A stretch of 64,000 nt of DNA from a virus (taxonomy: Duplodnaviria > Caudoviricetes). Shown here in pieces: positions 54,458 through 63,336 of the stretch; position 1 is the first letter of the stretch, and every line of letters starts with the position of its first letter. The translations under genes were made by a program, and so were the position numbers. Under the pieces are notes generated by a model. That model searched no databases. It saw only the letters and a list, made by a program, of their open reading frames with translations, and was not told where the DNA came from. The stretch covers positions 128,001-192,000 of the IMG/VR virus record IMGVR_UViG_3300027917_000018. The stretch is one strand, 5' to 3'.

Positions 54458-54885
54458 CCGGCAAAGAACTGGCTGGACGTGTCCTCGAAGGCGAATCTCC
54501 CCGCGAGATTTTGCGCCGGATTGCGCGTACCAACCCGCCCCAGCCGCCGATGTCCGAGGTCGATTTTGATGTGGAGGCTGAAGAGGAATATGACCGGCCT
54601 GAAGGGCACTTCACCGAACCCGAAGACGTTGAGTGGGTTCGGGACCAGATCGAGGCAGGCAATGAGTGGGGCTGGTGTTCCGCGCACGTGATCGCGACCT
54701 GGACTGATCCCCTCACTTACCGGACCTATCAGGGCGACCAGTACCTGGGCGGCTGTTCCTACCGCAGCAAGCAGGACTTCATGGAGCCTGGCGGCTACTA
54801 TGACGACATGAAGGAAGAGGCTTACCAGGACCTGTTGCGCAACATCGAGGACACCTGGGAGCCGCCCGAGGACGACGAGGAATAG
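54454..54885 (+). CDS. Acidic tagged protein
   Basis: ELAGRVLEGESPREILRR leader; WGWCSAHV...YLGGCSY...GGYYDDM module. Confidence 0.7.
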   Translation: MTGKELAGRVLEGESPREILRRIARTNPPQPPMSEVDFDVEAEEEYDRPEGHFTEPEDVEWVRDQIEAGNEWGWCSAHVIATWTDPLTYRTYQGDQYLGGCSYRSKQDFMEPGGYYDDMKEEAYQDLLRNIEDTWEPPEDDEE

Positions 54886-54888
54886 ATT

Positions 54889-57249
54889 ATGGCCACTGAG
54901 AGCACACTTCGATACCTCAAGTACGACTACCAGTCGCACAAGGACGCGCTGCTCCAGCGAGTCCGAAGCCGATGGCCGCTTGTCTGGAACGACTTCCTGA
55001 ACAACAGCTTTGGCATCGTCCTGGTGGACATCATGGCCTGGTGTACGGCCACGATCGCTTTTCTGATTAACCGCGTGGCGGGCGAGCTTTTTGTCGGCTC
55101 GATGACGCTCCGTGAGTCCGCCGTGGCGCTAGGCCAGAATTACGGGTATCAGCTGCGCGGCCCGACTCCGGCTACCGTGGCCTGTGAAGCGACGTTGACC
55201 AGCGTCCAGGCCGCCACGGTGACCATTCAGAAGGGCACACTTTTGCGGACCGCAGACGACAACGCGCTGCCCTTTGAGGTCGTTGAAGACTACATTATCG
55301 AGCCCGGCGAGCTTTCGCCCAAAGAGGTTGTTGTTCAGATCGCTCCCGGCCTCGCGGGCGCGAATACGCTGGCAACCACGGCGGTCGTGACCAACGGCTC
55401 CAGCAACGTGGACCTGACAGACAGTGCCATTGACCTCAACCAGTACGTCGAGGCGGGCCAGACTTTCCAGGTCGATGGCAGCGCCGACGAATACACAATC
55501 TACGCCGTTGAGGCGGCACCCGGCGCGGTCAGCAACAACCGTATCGTCCTGGCGGAGCCCTATACCGGGGCTTCGTCGGTTGTGAACGCTGCGGTCTACG
55601 ACAAGCGCATCCTGCTGGTTCAAGGCCAAACCGTTAACGACCAGTACGTGTCCCCGGCGGGCGAAACGCCAAACTACGCGGTTAAGCTCAGCCGGACGCC
55701 GGTCATCCAGGGCAGTGTTGAGGTTTTGGTCAACGATGAGGCGTGGAGCGAAACGCAGAACATCGCCGCCGAGGACAGCGACGCGAAGGTGTTTGTCGTC
55801 AAGACCTTCGCCACGGGCGAGACGGTGATCGAGTTTGGCGACGATTCCTTTGGCGCGCAGATTCCGCCCGAGGCGGCGGTGGACATCGACTACCGGGTTG
55901 GCGGCGGAATCGACGGCAACGTTGAGCTGAACGCCATCAGTACCAGCGTTACGGGCCTGATCCAGAGCACGGCCAGCCCCGTCACCATCACCGTCATCAA
56001 CAGCACGTCGCCCGGCCAGGGCGGGCGCGACGCCGAGACGCTGGAGGAAGCCCGGACCAACATCCCCTATTACGTCCGCACCAACGACCGGGCGGTCACG
56101 CTGGACGACTATCAGACGGTTACTCAGGGCTTCACGAGCGCCCAGTACGGCAGCGTGGCCTACGCCAGGGCCACGGTCAGGACCGAGAACGCGCTGCTGG
56201 AGGGCAATGTAGTCAGCATCTACGCTTGGACCACGGGGAGCGCGGGCGGCTTGGTGTCGCTGTCTCCGCAGCTCAAGCAGGCCGTGAAGGACTTCGTCCA
56301 AGGCAAGGCGGTGGGCACCGACTACGTGCAGATTTTGGACGGATCGGCGGTGCCGGTTCCGCTAAGCCTGCGCTTCAAAGTTCTGAGCGGCTTCAGTGTC
56401 ACGGACACGGCGCAGCTCGTAAACGATACCATCACAGCCACCGTCAATACGCTTCGGCCAGGCCAGCCGCTCATCTACTCGAACTTTGTCCGCAGCCTCG
56501 ATGAGGTCTTTGGTGTCGATACGGTCAACATGGCCACGCCGACCAGCGACCTTTATCCCAGCACGTCAACGGAGCTGTTTACGATTCCGCAGCCGGATTA
56601 CGTTTACACACTGACGCGTGACGGTGTGGGAAATCCCGTTTACAGCGCCACCGACGGAACAAACATCAGCCTCTACCAGGCGCAGCTCCCGGTGTTCCCG
56701 CTGGAGGCGTGGTCTTTCAGGCTGTTCCTCGGCAGCAATGAGCTGACTGTTGTGCCCGGTTTGATCCCCGGCGAGGCGTTGCTCCTGGGCAGTAACCTGA
56801 GCGTAAACACCACACGGGTCGACGGTGTTTACATTTACAGCTCCACGGTCAACTTGCTCACAGGCAGGGTAAATCTCTGGCTGGTCGGTGCTCCGGGCGA
56901 TCTGACGATGAAGCTCGTGCCGGTGACGGGCTATGCCACCGAGCGTGTGGTCGACGTTTACGTTGGCTACGAGGGAGACAACAGCCAGACCAAGCGCCGC
57001 GAGATTCGCGCCGCGATCCGGGCTTGGAGCGACGGCCTCACTGTGGGCGGCACGATGTACGGCGTTCAGGTGGCTGGCGTAACCAGCAGCCGGTCCTGTA
57101 TCGAGGAGGTTGTTTCGTCCGTGGACGGTGTTGATGTGGTCAACCGTGTGGCCTTGGATACCCCGGCCAATACCGCTGACCGGATCACGGCCATCGATTT
57201 TGAGCTGTTGCGCGTTGGAAACGTCGTTCTCAATAATCAGATCGACTGA
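54889..57249 (+). CDS. Baseplate wedge subunit (T4 gp6/baseplate J-like)
   Basis: YDYQSHKDAL..WNDF..SFGIVLVD, IEFGDDSFG..P, GGRDAETLEEAR, RAVTLDDY. Confidence 0.85.
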   Translation: MATESTLRYLKYDYQSHKDALLQRVRSRWPLVWNDFLNNSFGIVLVDIMAWCTATIAFLINRVAGELFVGSMTLRESAVALGQNYGYQLRGPTPATVACEATLTSVQAATVTIQKGTLLRTADDNALPFEVVEDYIIEPGELSPKEVVVQIAPGLAGANTLATTAVVTNGSSNVDLTDSAIDLNQYVEAGQTFQVDGSADEYTIYAVEAAPGAVSNNRIVLAEPYTGASSVVNAAVYDKRILLVQGQTVNDQYVSPAGETPNYAVKLSRTPVIQGSVEVLVNDEAWSETQNIAAEDSDAKVFVVKTFATGETVIEFGDDSFGAQIPPEAAVDIDYRVGGGIDGNVELNAISTSVTGLIQSTASPVTITVINSTSPGQGGRDAETLEEARTNIPYYVRTNDRAVTLDDYQTVTQGFTSAQYGSVAYARATVRTENALLEGNVVSIYAWTTGSAGGLVSLSPQLKQAVKDFVQGKAVGTDYVQILDGSAVPVPLSLRFKVLSGFSVTDTAQLVNDTITATVNTLRPGQPLIYSNFVRSLDEVFGVDTVNMATPTSDLYPSTSTELFTIPQPDYVYTLTRDGVGNPVYSATDGTNISLYQAQLPVFPLEAWSFRLFLGSNELTVVPGLIPGEALLLGSNLSVNTTRVDGVYIYSSTVNLLTGRVNLWLVGAPGDLTMKLVPVTGYATERVVDVYVGYEGDNSQTKRREIRAAIRAWSDGLTVGGTMYGVQVAGVTSSRSCIEEVVSSVDGVDVVNRVALDTPANTADRITAIDFELLRVGNVVLNNQID

Positions 57250-57254
57250 CGCGC

Positions 57255-57995
57255 ATGCCAAAAACGTTTACGCCAAGACAGGACTGCCAAATCAAGGGAT
57301 TGGGCGGCATTTACGACGAGTACTTTTACCAGCGGACCAACGGGCAGTTCGTTGAGGTTGGTGCCTTTGACGGGGCCAGCTACAGCAACACGGTCTTTCT
57401 GGCTGAGTGTGGCTGGAAGGGCCTTTACATCGAGGCCCATCCTGAGTTCGCCAAGGTCTGCGCCAACAACCACAAGGACCGGCCCAACGTCAAAGTGCTG
57501 TCATGTGCGGTCGGTGATCGAACCACTGAGGTCAAGCTTTACGAAATCGGGGAATGCTCCACGGTGAAGTGGGACAAAAGCGCCGTGGATTGGGGCGGCT
57601 CCAAGGAGCGGTTTGTGCGGGTCCAAATGCGCAAGCTGGACGACATCCTTAAGGAAGAGCAGATCGAGCCTGATTTCGAGCTGCTGATCATCGACGTGGA
57701 GCAGGCCGAATTGGAGGTTTTGGCCGGTTTTGACCTCAAACGGTGGCACCCGCAAATGGTGATCGTCGAAACCCACGAGCAGGACCCAGCGCCGGAACGC
57801 AACTGGAAGGCTAGGCCCATCCGCAAGCTTTTCATCGAGGCCGGTTACCGGGTGATCTATACCGACGCGATCAACAGCGTGTTCGTACAGGGCCTCTCCT
57901 ATGTGAAGCCCGGCACCACAACCAGCATCATCAGCATAGGCCCTGACGGGCGGCAGGAATGGCACGCGTCAGAAGACGACGCCGGGGTGAAGTGA
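57255..57995 (+). CDS. FkbM-family methyltransferase
   Basis: FVEVGAFDGASYSNT, GWKGLYIEAHP, LLIIDVEQAE. Confidence 0.85.
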   Translation: MPKTFTPRQDCQIKGLGGIYDEYFYQRTNGQFVEVGAFDGASYSNTVFLAECGWKGLYIEAHPEFAKVCANNHKDRPNVKVLSCAVGDRTTEVKLYEIGECSTVKWDKSAVDWGGSKERFVRVQMRKLDDILKEEQIEPDFELLIIDVEQAELEVLAGFDLKRWHPQMVIVETHEQDPAPERNWKARPIRKLFIEAGYRVIYTDAINSVFVQGLSYVKPGTTTSIISIGPDGRQEWHASEDDAGVK

Positions 57996-58709
57996 GTTGA
58001 GCCGGGTGTTGTCGCGCTTGGAGATTTCGGACGTGTAAAAGGTGGTGTCGATGATGCGCCCGAACTTGGCGTGGGTCAGATCGGTGCCCAACGCTCCGTT
58101 TACGAAACCCAGCTTGGTGGCCCTGGCCCCGTAGTCATCCCACACGTAGAAAGCATGGTAGTTCTGGTCCAGCATGCCGACCGTTTCGACCAGGCGCTTG
58201 TGGTAGATGACGGGGCCGCTGTTTAGGAATGGCCTCGGAGCGAATTCACCGATGGCCAGCTTGCGGTGAACAGCGGACGCGGTCCACGGGCTCCCGACAA
58301 AGTCGGCGTAGCCCTTGCGGTAACCGTCCCGGCCCGTGACAACGCCCAGGCGTTCGCCGTGCTCTTTCCAAGCTTCCTCCAGGCCCACCAGCGGGCCGTT
58401 CAGGTGCTGGTCGTCCTGGATGACCACCAGCAGCTCGCTCGGGTCATGCTTGAAGAAAGCCTTGAGCAGCTCATTGTGCCCGCCGACCTCGCGCACTTCC
58501 GTTTCGGTCTCGATGAAGTCGAACGTATGCCCGCGATTGCTAATCCAGAACTCGGTCATCGCCTCGAAGGCCCTGGCCGAGCCGTCCTGGCAGGCGTCGA
58601 AGCAAAAGACGATGTGGGAATTGGGCGGAGCGGCCAGGCTGATGCCGTCGAGCAGCCACGCAATCATGTCCACCTTGTTCCAAACCACGCACCCGAACAT
58701 CAGTTTCAT
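57969..58709 (-). CDS. Glycosyltransferase family 2-like
   Basis: FDACQDGS, IQDDQH, GMLDQNY..YVWDDYG. Confidence 0.75.
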   Translation of the reverse strand: MKLMFGCVVWNKVDMIAWLLDGISLAAPPNSHIVFCFDACQDGSARAFEAMTEFWISNRGHTFDFIETETEVREVGGHNELLKAFFKHDPSELLVVIQDDQHLNGPLVGLEEAWKEHGERLGVVTGRDGYRKGYADFVGSPWTASAVHRKLAIGEFAPRPFLNSGPVIYHKRLVETVGMLDQNYHAFYVWDDYGARATKLGFVNGALGTDLTHAKFGRIIDTTFYTSEISKRDNTRLNSLHPGVVF

Positions 58710-58712
58710 ACC

Positions 58713-59264
58713 CTACTTCTTCCTGGCTAAGGTTAAGGAGAAAACCTCGCCGACGATTTCCCACGCGGCGGGGTCACCGTAAACGTAACGGGCCGCCACC
58801 TGGCTAGGCCCTGGGTGGAAGTTGGCCGCGTTGGGCCGTCCCATCCGGCTATCGTGCATTGCCAGCAGTGCGCCCGATTTGAGAAGCGGCGTCCATTGCT
58901 GGTAGTCGCGCTCCACTGCTGTAAAGATGTGGTCGCCGTCAAGGAACAGAAAGTCCAGCGGGCGGTCCCAGGTGATCACAACGTTCTGGCTGTAGCCTTC
59001 GATCAAGGTAAACCGGCTGTTCCACGGCAAAACGTTTCGCAGCACGCGGTCTTTGTGGCCGATGAGGCTGGCCTCCATTGAATCCGGGATGAAGGGATCG
59101 ATGCTGGTTAGACGCAGGTTGGAGCATTCAAGAATGACGCTGGTGCTGAAGCCGTCGAGGCAGCCGATTTCCACGGCCTCGCCCTCCATTCCGGCCAGGT
59201 GTTTACGAAAAAGCTCGGTCTCGGGATCGGCGAGCCCTACGAAGGTGTCAGGTGCAAGTTCCAT
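58713..59264 (-). CDS. Class I SAM methyltransferase (Methyltransf_24-like)
   Basis: VEIGCLDGFST, IDPF, LDFLFLDGDH, GALLAMHD. Confidence 0.8.
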   Translation of the reverse strand: MELAPDTFVGLADPETELFRKHLAGMEGEAVEIGCLDGFSTSVILECSNLRLTSIDPFIPDSMEASLIGHKDRVLRNVLPWNSRFTLIEGYSQNVVITWDRPLDFLFLDGDHIFTAVERDYQQWTPLLKSGALLAMHDSRMGRPNAANFHPGPSQVAARYVYGDPAAWEIVGEVFSLTLARKK

Positions 59265-59282
59265 TTTTAGTTGCAAGTTTCA

Positions 59283-59873
59283 CTAGGTAACGGTCGGTTC
59301 GCCCTGTTGGGACAGGGAGGTTTTGGAGTTTTGACGGTAGTAGCGAAGGACCTTGTCGATGCGGTGCTGGAGCTTCACCTTGGGCAAAAGCTCGCGGACC
59401 CAATACCAGTCGTCGTCGATGTAGCCGTCGGGAAAGGAAGCCTGTACGGCCAAGCCTCGATGCCAGACGCACCAGTGCCACGGCTTGCGTTTGATGTCCA
59501 CCCACACGCCATCCTCCTTGTGGACGCCTTCGTTGTCGTACTCGATGCCGGGCCGGACGACGAACGGGTTTTCGCCGTTGAGGGTGCTTTCCTCGTTGAA
59601 CACGATCACGTCCGCGTTAGGATTTTCCCTGATGGCCTTAAGAATTTCCCCGATGTAGTCGTCCGAGACCATGTCATCGTCATCCATGTGGGTAATGAAC
59701 CGGCCTTTGGACATGCTGAGCAGCGCCTGGCGCTTGAGCCCTGTGGACCGTTGCCGGTTGTCAGTGAGAACCAGCAGCTCGACCGGCTCGTCCCCGATTT
59801 GAGCGAGCAGCTTATTGAACAGCTCGCTTGGGTCGCGCTCGAAAACAGAAGGGATGAGGATGGAAAGGAGCAT
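59283..59873 (-). CDS. Glycosyltransferase family 2
   Basis: LSILIPS, GLKRQALL..SKGRFITHMDDDDMVSDDY. Confidence 0.85.
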   Translation of the reverse strand: MLLSILIPSVFERDPSELFNKLLAQIGDEPVELLVLTDNRQRSTGLKRQALLSMSKGRFITHMDDDDMVSDDYIGEILKAIRENPNADVIVFNEESTLNGENPFVVRPGIEYDNEGVHKEDGVWVDIKRKPWHWCVWHRGLAVQASFPDGYIDDDWYWVRELLPKVKLQHRIDKVLRYYRQNSKTSLSQQGEPTVT

Positions 59874-59874
59874 A

Positions 59875-60081
59875 TCAGGGCAGGATGAAAGGCATCGTGT
59901 GCCGAATGATAGGCGGCAGATTTTGCTGGATAGCGTCGATTAGCTTAGTTTCCAGGGTAAGTCTACGAGGAATGCGGCGCAGACCTTTTGCCAAGATGTC
60001 CATGTAAACGGCCCCGGCGGTTGTGCTCTCCAGCATGTTCAAGTTTTGCAGGGCTTCCAGTTGGTGCTTCTTGATGTTCAT
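59875..60081 (-). CDS. Small hypothetical protein
   Basis: ATGA-coupled 68 aa. Confidence 0.45.
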   Translation of the reverse strand: MNIKKHQLEALQNLNMLESTTAGAVYMDILAKGLRRIPRRLTLETKLIDAIQQNLPPIIRHTMPFILP

Positions 60082-60797
60082 TTGATCCAGTAGATGGAAT
60101 CGCCGCCGTCCTTGAGCCCTTTATCGATGAGGATTTCGGGTTCGGGGACTTGTTGGACTTCCTTCAGAAACTGCCAGAATTCCCGCACAGCCTTTTGGCA
60201 GCCGCCAAGGCCCCAATCATCGATGAAGATGATGCCGCCCGGCGACACGCGACTGTACAGGTTTTCCAGGCAGCACCAGGTCGATTCGTACAGGTCACCG
60301 TCAAGCCGAAGAAAAGCGATCGATTCCAGTGTACAGGATGGAAGCGTGTCTTGGAACCATCCTTTGTGCCACTCGATCTTGACCTTAAAATTCCACCGTT
60401 TCCACAGGTCCTTGACGGTGTCCAGCGGACAGCCGCTGATGCCGGTCGACGTGAGCCGCGTTTCCAGGGGCAAATTCCGATCCATCAAAAAGTGGGCAAG
60501 GCCAGGCTGTTGGTCGTCGTGCGGCCCGGCATGAGGGATGCCGTCGAATGAATCGTAGCCGTGCAGCTGGCGGTCGTAAGCGCCCAGGTCAGCCACTGCC
60601 TGGGCCATTGCCCCGAGCTGTGCCCCAGCGGCCACCCCGCATTCGACCAAGTCTCCGGGCACTTTCCGCTCAAGCAGATAGCGCGTCAGCAGGTAGGTTT
60701 GTGCGGTCGATTGGTAGGTGTTAAAGGCGTGTGCGCAGAACATCCTGATGCGGGTCTGCGCGGCCTCCGAAATCTGCGTAAAGTCACATAGCCCCAT
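60078..60797 (-). CDS. TylF/MycF-family sugar O-methyltransferase
   Basis: PGDLVECGV, YDSFDG, KGWFQDTL, IAFLRLDGDLYEST, GGIIFIDDW. Confidence 0.9.
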   Translation of the reverse strand: MGLCDFTQISEAAQTRIRMFCAHAFNTYQSTAQTYLLTRYLLERKVPGDLVECGVAAGAQLGAMAQAVADLGAYDRQLHGYDSFDGIPHAGPHDDQQPGLAHFLMDRNLPLETRLTSTGISGCPLDTVKDLWKRWNFKVKIEWHKGWFQDTLPSCTLESIAFLRLDGDLYESTWCCLENLYSRVSPGGIIFIDDWGLGGCQKAVREFWQFLKEVQQVPEPEILIDKGLKDGGDSIYWIK

Positions 60798-60798
60798 G

Positions 60799-61521
60799 TC
60801 ACATTCCTTGCGCCACCATCAGAATGTAGGGGTGGATGTTGTCGAAGTTGGGATTTTGCATGAACGTGGTGTTTTGCGGATTCGAGTAGTACTGAAAGTA
60901 GGTCTCGTGCGCGATCACGGTCTCCATGCCTAGTTGCCAGGCGAGGATGCTGCCGACAGCTTGGTCGTGACGGTGCCCCTTGACCTTCGGATGCTTGGAA
61001 ACTTCCTGATTGTTGTTCGTCCAGGAGCCAGGGAAGCTGACGCCGTCGTTGGCCTTCTCGAACCAGCGGTCGAGAAATACCTGGCACTTAGGTCGGCGCA
61101 TGTCCCAGCCCATGCAAATGCCCATCAAGTGCGGCGTGATGGCCAGCTGCTCCCGGCACATGCCGAAAGCCTCCATACAGGCGTCGCTGGTCCACACATC
61201 ACACCAGCCATTGTAGAAAAACAGGTGGCCGTGCTTCTCGATGTGCTCAAAGATGCGCTGGACGTTACGGATCGCCCAAACCGAGGCATCAGCCCACAGG
61301 ACGATTTCGTAGCCGCGCCTGACCGCTTCCCTGAGCGCATAGGGCTTAAACGCGTAAGGAGCGTCCTGATGGGTTGGGCAGCCTTCCAGTTCTGACTCGT
61401 CGCGCCAGGTCAAGATGTCGTGCGTGAATCCGACCTGCCGCAGCGTGTCGACGAGGCGCTGCTGCCCGGTGGTGTACCAGCTGCCCTTGGCGAAGTTTAT
61501 GACACAGGTTTTTGCGCTCAT
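60799..61521 (-). CDS. Putative GT-A glycosyltransferase
   Basis: YAFKPYAL..A, VLWADAS (DxD-like), HRHDQAVGS. Confidence 0.7.
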   Translation of the reverse strand: MSAKTCVINFAKGSWYTTGQQRLVDTLRQVGFTHDILTWRDESELEGCPTHQDAPYAFKPYALREAVRRGYEIVLWADASVWAIRNVQRIFEHIEKHGHLFFYNGWCDVWTSDACMEAFGMCREQLAITPHLMGICMGWDMRRPKCQVFLDRWFEKANDGVSFPGSWTNNNQEVSKHPKVKGHRHDQAVGSILAWQLGMETVIAHETYFQYYSNPQNTTFMQNPNFDNIHPYILMVAQGM

Positions 61522-62018
61522 GCCTTGATAGAACGGTACCAGCACGTGCCCATGACCGAGACCTCCTCGAAATGCTCGTCAACGGCCTGCTTGACCCCGC
61601 AGTCTTCTCCGTAGTCGTGGCCAGCGATCATGCCGCCTGGCCGGATCGTTGGCAGCCAAACGGCGATGTCCGTGCTGACCCACTTGTAGTCGTGATTGGC
61701 GTCGATGAAAACAAAGTCCAGGCTGGCTCTCGGGAACTGGAACGCGGCGTTGATGGATGTCTCCCGGATGATCTTGGCGTCGGCCTCCACGCCCTCGGAG
61801 CGCAGCCGCTTCAGGAAGTGCTGGTAGTGCTCTTCGTTTACGGGAAGGCCAAATTCGGTGTACTCGCTGTCCCACAGATCGACGGCGTAAAACTCGAACG
61901 GTGTGCCCCTGGCCTTGAGGCGCTTGAGCAGGTAGACATAGGAAGTGCCCGTGTAAACGCCAACTTCCACGAATCGAGTCCAGCCCTTCTGTTGGGCGAC
62001 CATGCCGTAAAATGGCAT
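61518..62018 (-). CDS. Class I SAM methyltransferase (Methyltransf_24-like)
   Basis: FVEVGVYTGTS, AVDLW, LDFVFIDANHDY, GGMIAGHDY; start uncertain. Confidence 0.85.
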   Translation of the reverse strand: MPFYGMVAQQKGWTRFVEVGVYTGTSYVYLLKRLKARGTPFEFYAVDLWDSEYTEFGLPVNEEHYQHFLKRLRSEGVEADAKIIRETSINAAFQFPRASLDFVFIDANHDYKWVSTDIAVWLPTIRPGGMIAGHDYGEDCGVKQAVDEHFEEVSVMGTCWYRSIKA

Positions 62019-62044
62019 GAAATTGAAAAAGGCGTCCGGGTGGA

Positions 62045-62533
62045 CTACAGGAACGGAAACTTTTCCCTTAGCTCTTGTAGGCTGAACACCTTGGAGAAGC
62101 GCGCCGGGTTGCCCCTCACGCATGTCCGAGGAGGGACATCGCGTGTGGCGACGGAGCCGCATCCGATCATACAAAACTCGCCGAGTTCGATCCCACATAG
62201 CACGGTGGCGTTCGCGCCGACTGAAGCGCCCCGCCGTAAATAAGTAGGTTCCAGCTTCCAGGGACCGCACGCCCTCGGGTTCCGGTCGTTTGTAAACACC
62301 GCATGCGGCCCGATGAAGCAGTAGTCCTCGACGAACAGCCCCTCGTACAGGCTGACACCGTTCTGGACCCGGACATTGTCTCCAATGACGACGTTGCTGG
62401 CAACGTAAACGTTTTGGCCGAAGGAACAATTTTGGCCGATCCGTGCTCCCGCGCAGATGTGGCACCAGTGCCAAATCTTGGTATTTTCCCCGATAATCGC
62501 GCCCTCTTCAACGATGGCTGTGGGGTGGATCAT
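62045..62533 (-). CDS. Hexapeptide-repeat N-acetyltransferase (WbpD-like)
   Basis: [48 protein letters not shown]. Confidence 0.88.
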   Translation of the reverse strand: MIHPTAIVEEGAIIGENTKIWHWCHICAGARIGQNCSFGQNVYVASNVVIGDNVRVQNGVSLYEGLFVEDYCFIGPHAVFTNDRNPRACGPWKLEPTYLRRGASVGANATVLCGIELGEFCMIGCGSVATRDVPPRTCVRGNPARFSKVFSLQELREKFPFL

Positions 62534-63336
62534 TGCCATTTGTAAACGGGAATTGCTTCCTTGAGCTTTGCGACGTGCTGGCTTTGAGGATCGAAAGGCC
62601 GGTCGCCGTGCCACTCGCTGTAGCGTCCGGCCCGGATGCCCTCCCAATCAAAGGTGGCCAGCTTATCCTTTCCCCGGTAGAGCCGGTTTGGATTTAAGTG
62701 CTCCCAAAAGAAACGCATCAGGACCACGTCGGTATGCGGTGATAGCGCCCGGCGGCGCAGGATGTCGGAGGAGTATTCTTCGTCGAGTCCCCAAAAGACG
62801 TTGGAAGTCTTGAAGTCGTTCCGACGGTTGAAGACTTTGACAACCTCCTCGTCCCACGATCCGTTTAGGCCAAAAACCTCTTTGAATTTAGTCCCGGTGG
62901 CGACGTGGTGGCTGCTTGGGAACGTCGCCCTGGGATCGCTGGGATTCGGGTAGTAGGCGTCGGCCAGGCCGACGGTGTACTTCGATCGGACTTCGTTCGT
63001 GCGGAAGCTGTCGAAGAAAGCGCCGTTCAGCGGAACCTGGTCGATGCCGCTGAGCATGCAGAGGTCTTGTGGAAACAACGTGGCCCCATAGAAAAGCGCC
63101 CATGTACAGGCCCATTCCTGCTGCCGGTCGACGGTTACCGAGTCGACGCGATGGAGCCGGTGAATTTCGCCGAACTGTGCTGAGAGCCGACAGTCTTCCA
63201 GTTCCTTCTCCGATCCGTAGAAGATCAAGGTGGGAAGGATGTCGTATTTCGTCCGCCAAACCTCGGACACGAAGTTCCAATAAGCGGTATAGAGCGGGTT
63301 CGCCGTGAGTGTCAGGATAACGCGATCAATCTTCAT
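62530..63336 (-). CDS. Putative glycosyltransferase-like protein
   Basis: In glycan cluster; [17 protein letters not shown]; no clear family. Confidence 0.5.
   Translation of the reverse strand: MKIDRVILTLTANPLYTAYWNFVSEVWRTKYDILPTLIFYGSEKELEDCRLSAQFGEIHRLHRVDSVTVDRQQEWACTWALFYGATLFPQDLCMLSGIDQVPLNGAFFDSFRTNEVRSKYTVGLADAYYPNPSDPRATFPSSHHVATGTKFKEVFGLNGSWDEEVVKVFNRRNDFKTSNVFWGLDEEYSSDILRRRALSPHTDVVLMRFFWEHLNPNRLYRGKDKLATFDWEGIRAGRYSEWHGDRPFDPQSQHVAKLKEAIPVYKWQ

Noticed and set aside
2511-58715. In-frame TAG/TAA junctions between neighbours (2513/2517, 13392/13399, 25009/25025, 54885/54889, 58713/58709) as suppressor-dependent fusions
   Set aside because: About 5 of roughly 18 such junctions are in frame, close to the one-third expected by chance, and several gaps contain promoter motifs. 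Only worth revisiting if proteomics shows fusions (methyltransferase-GT2 is the most plausible).
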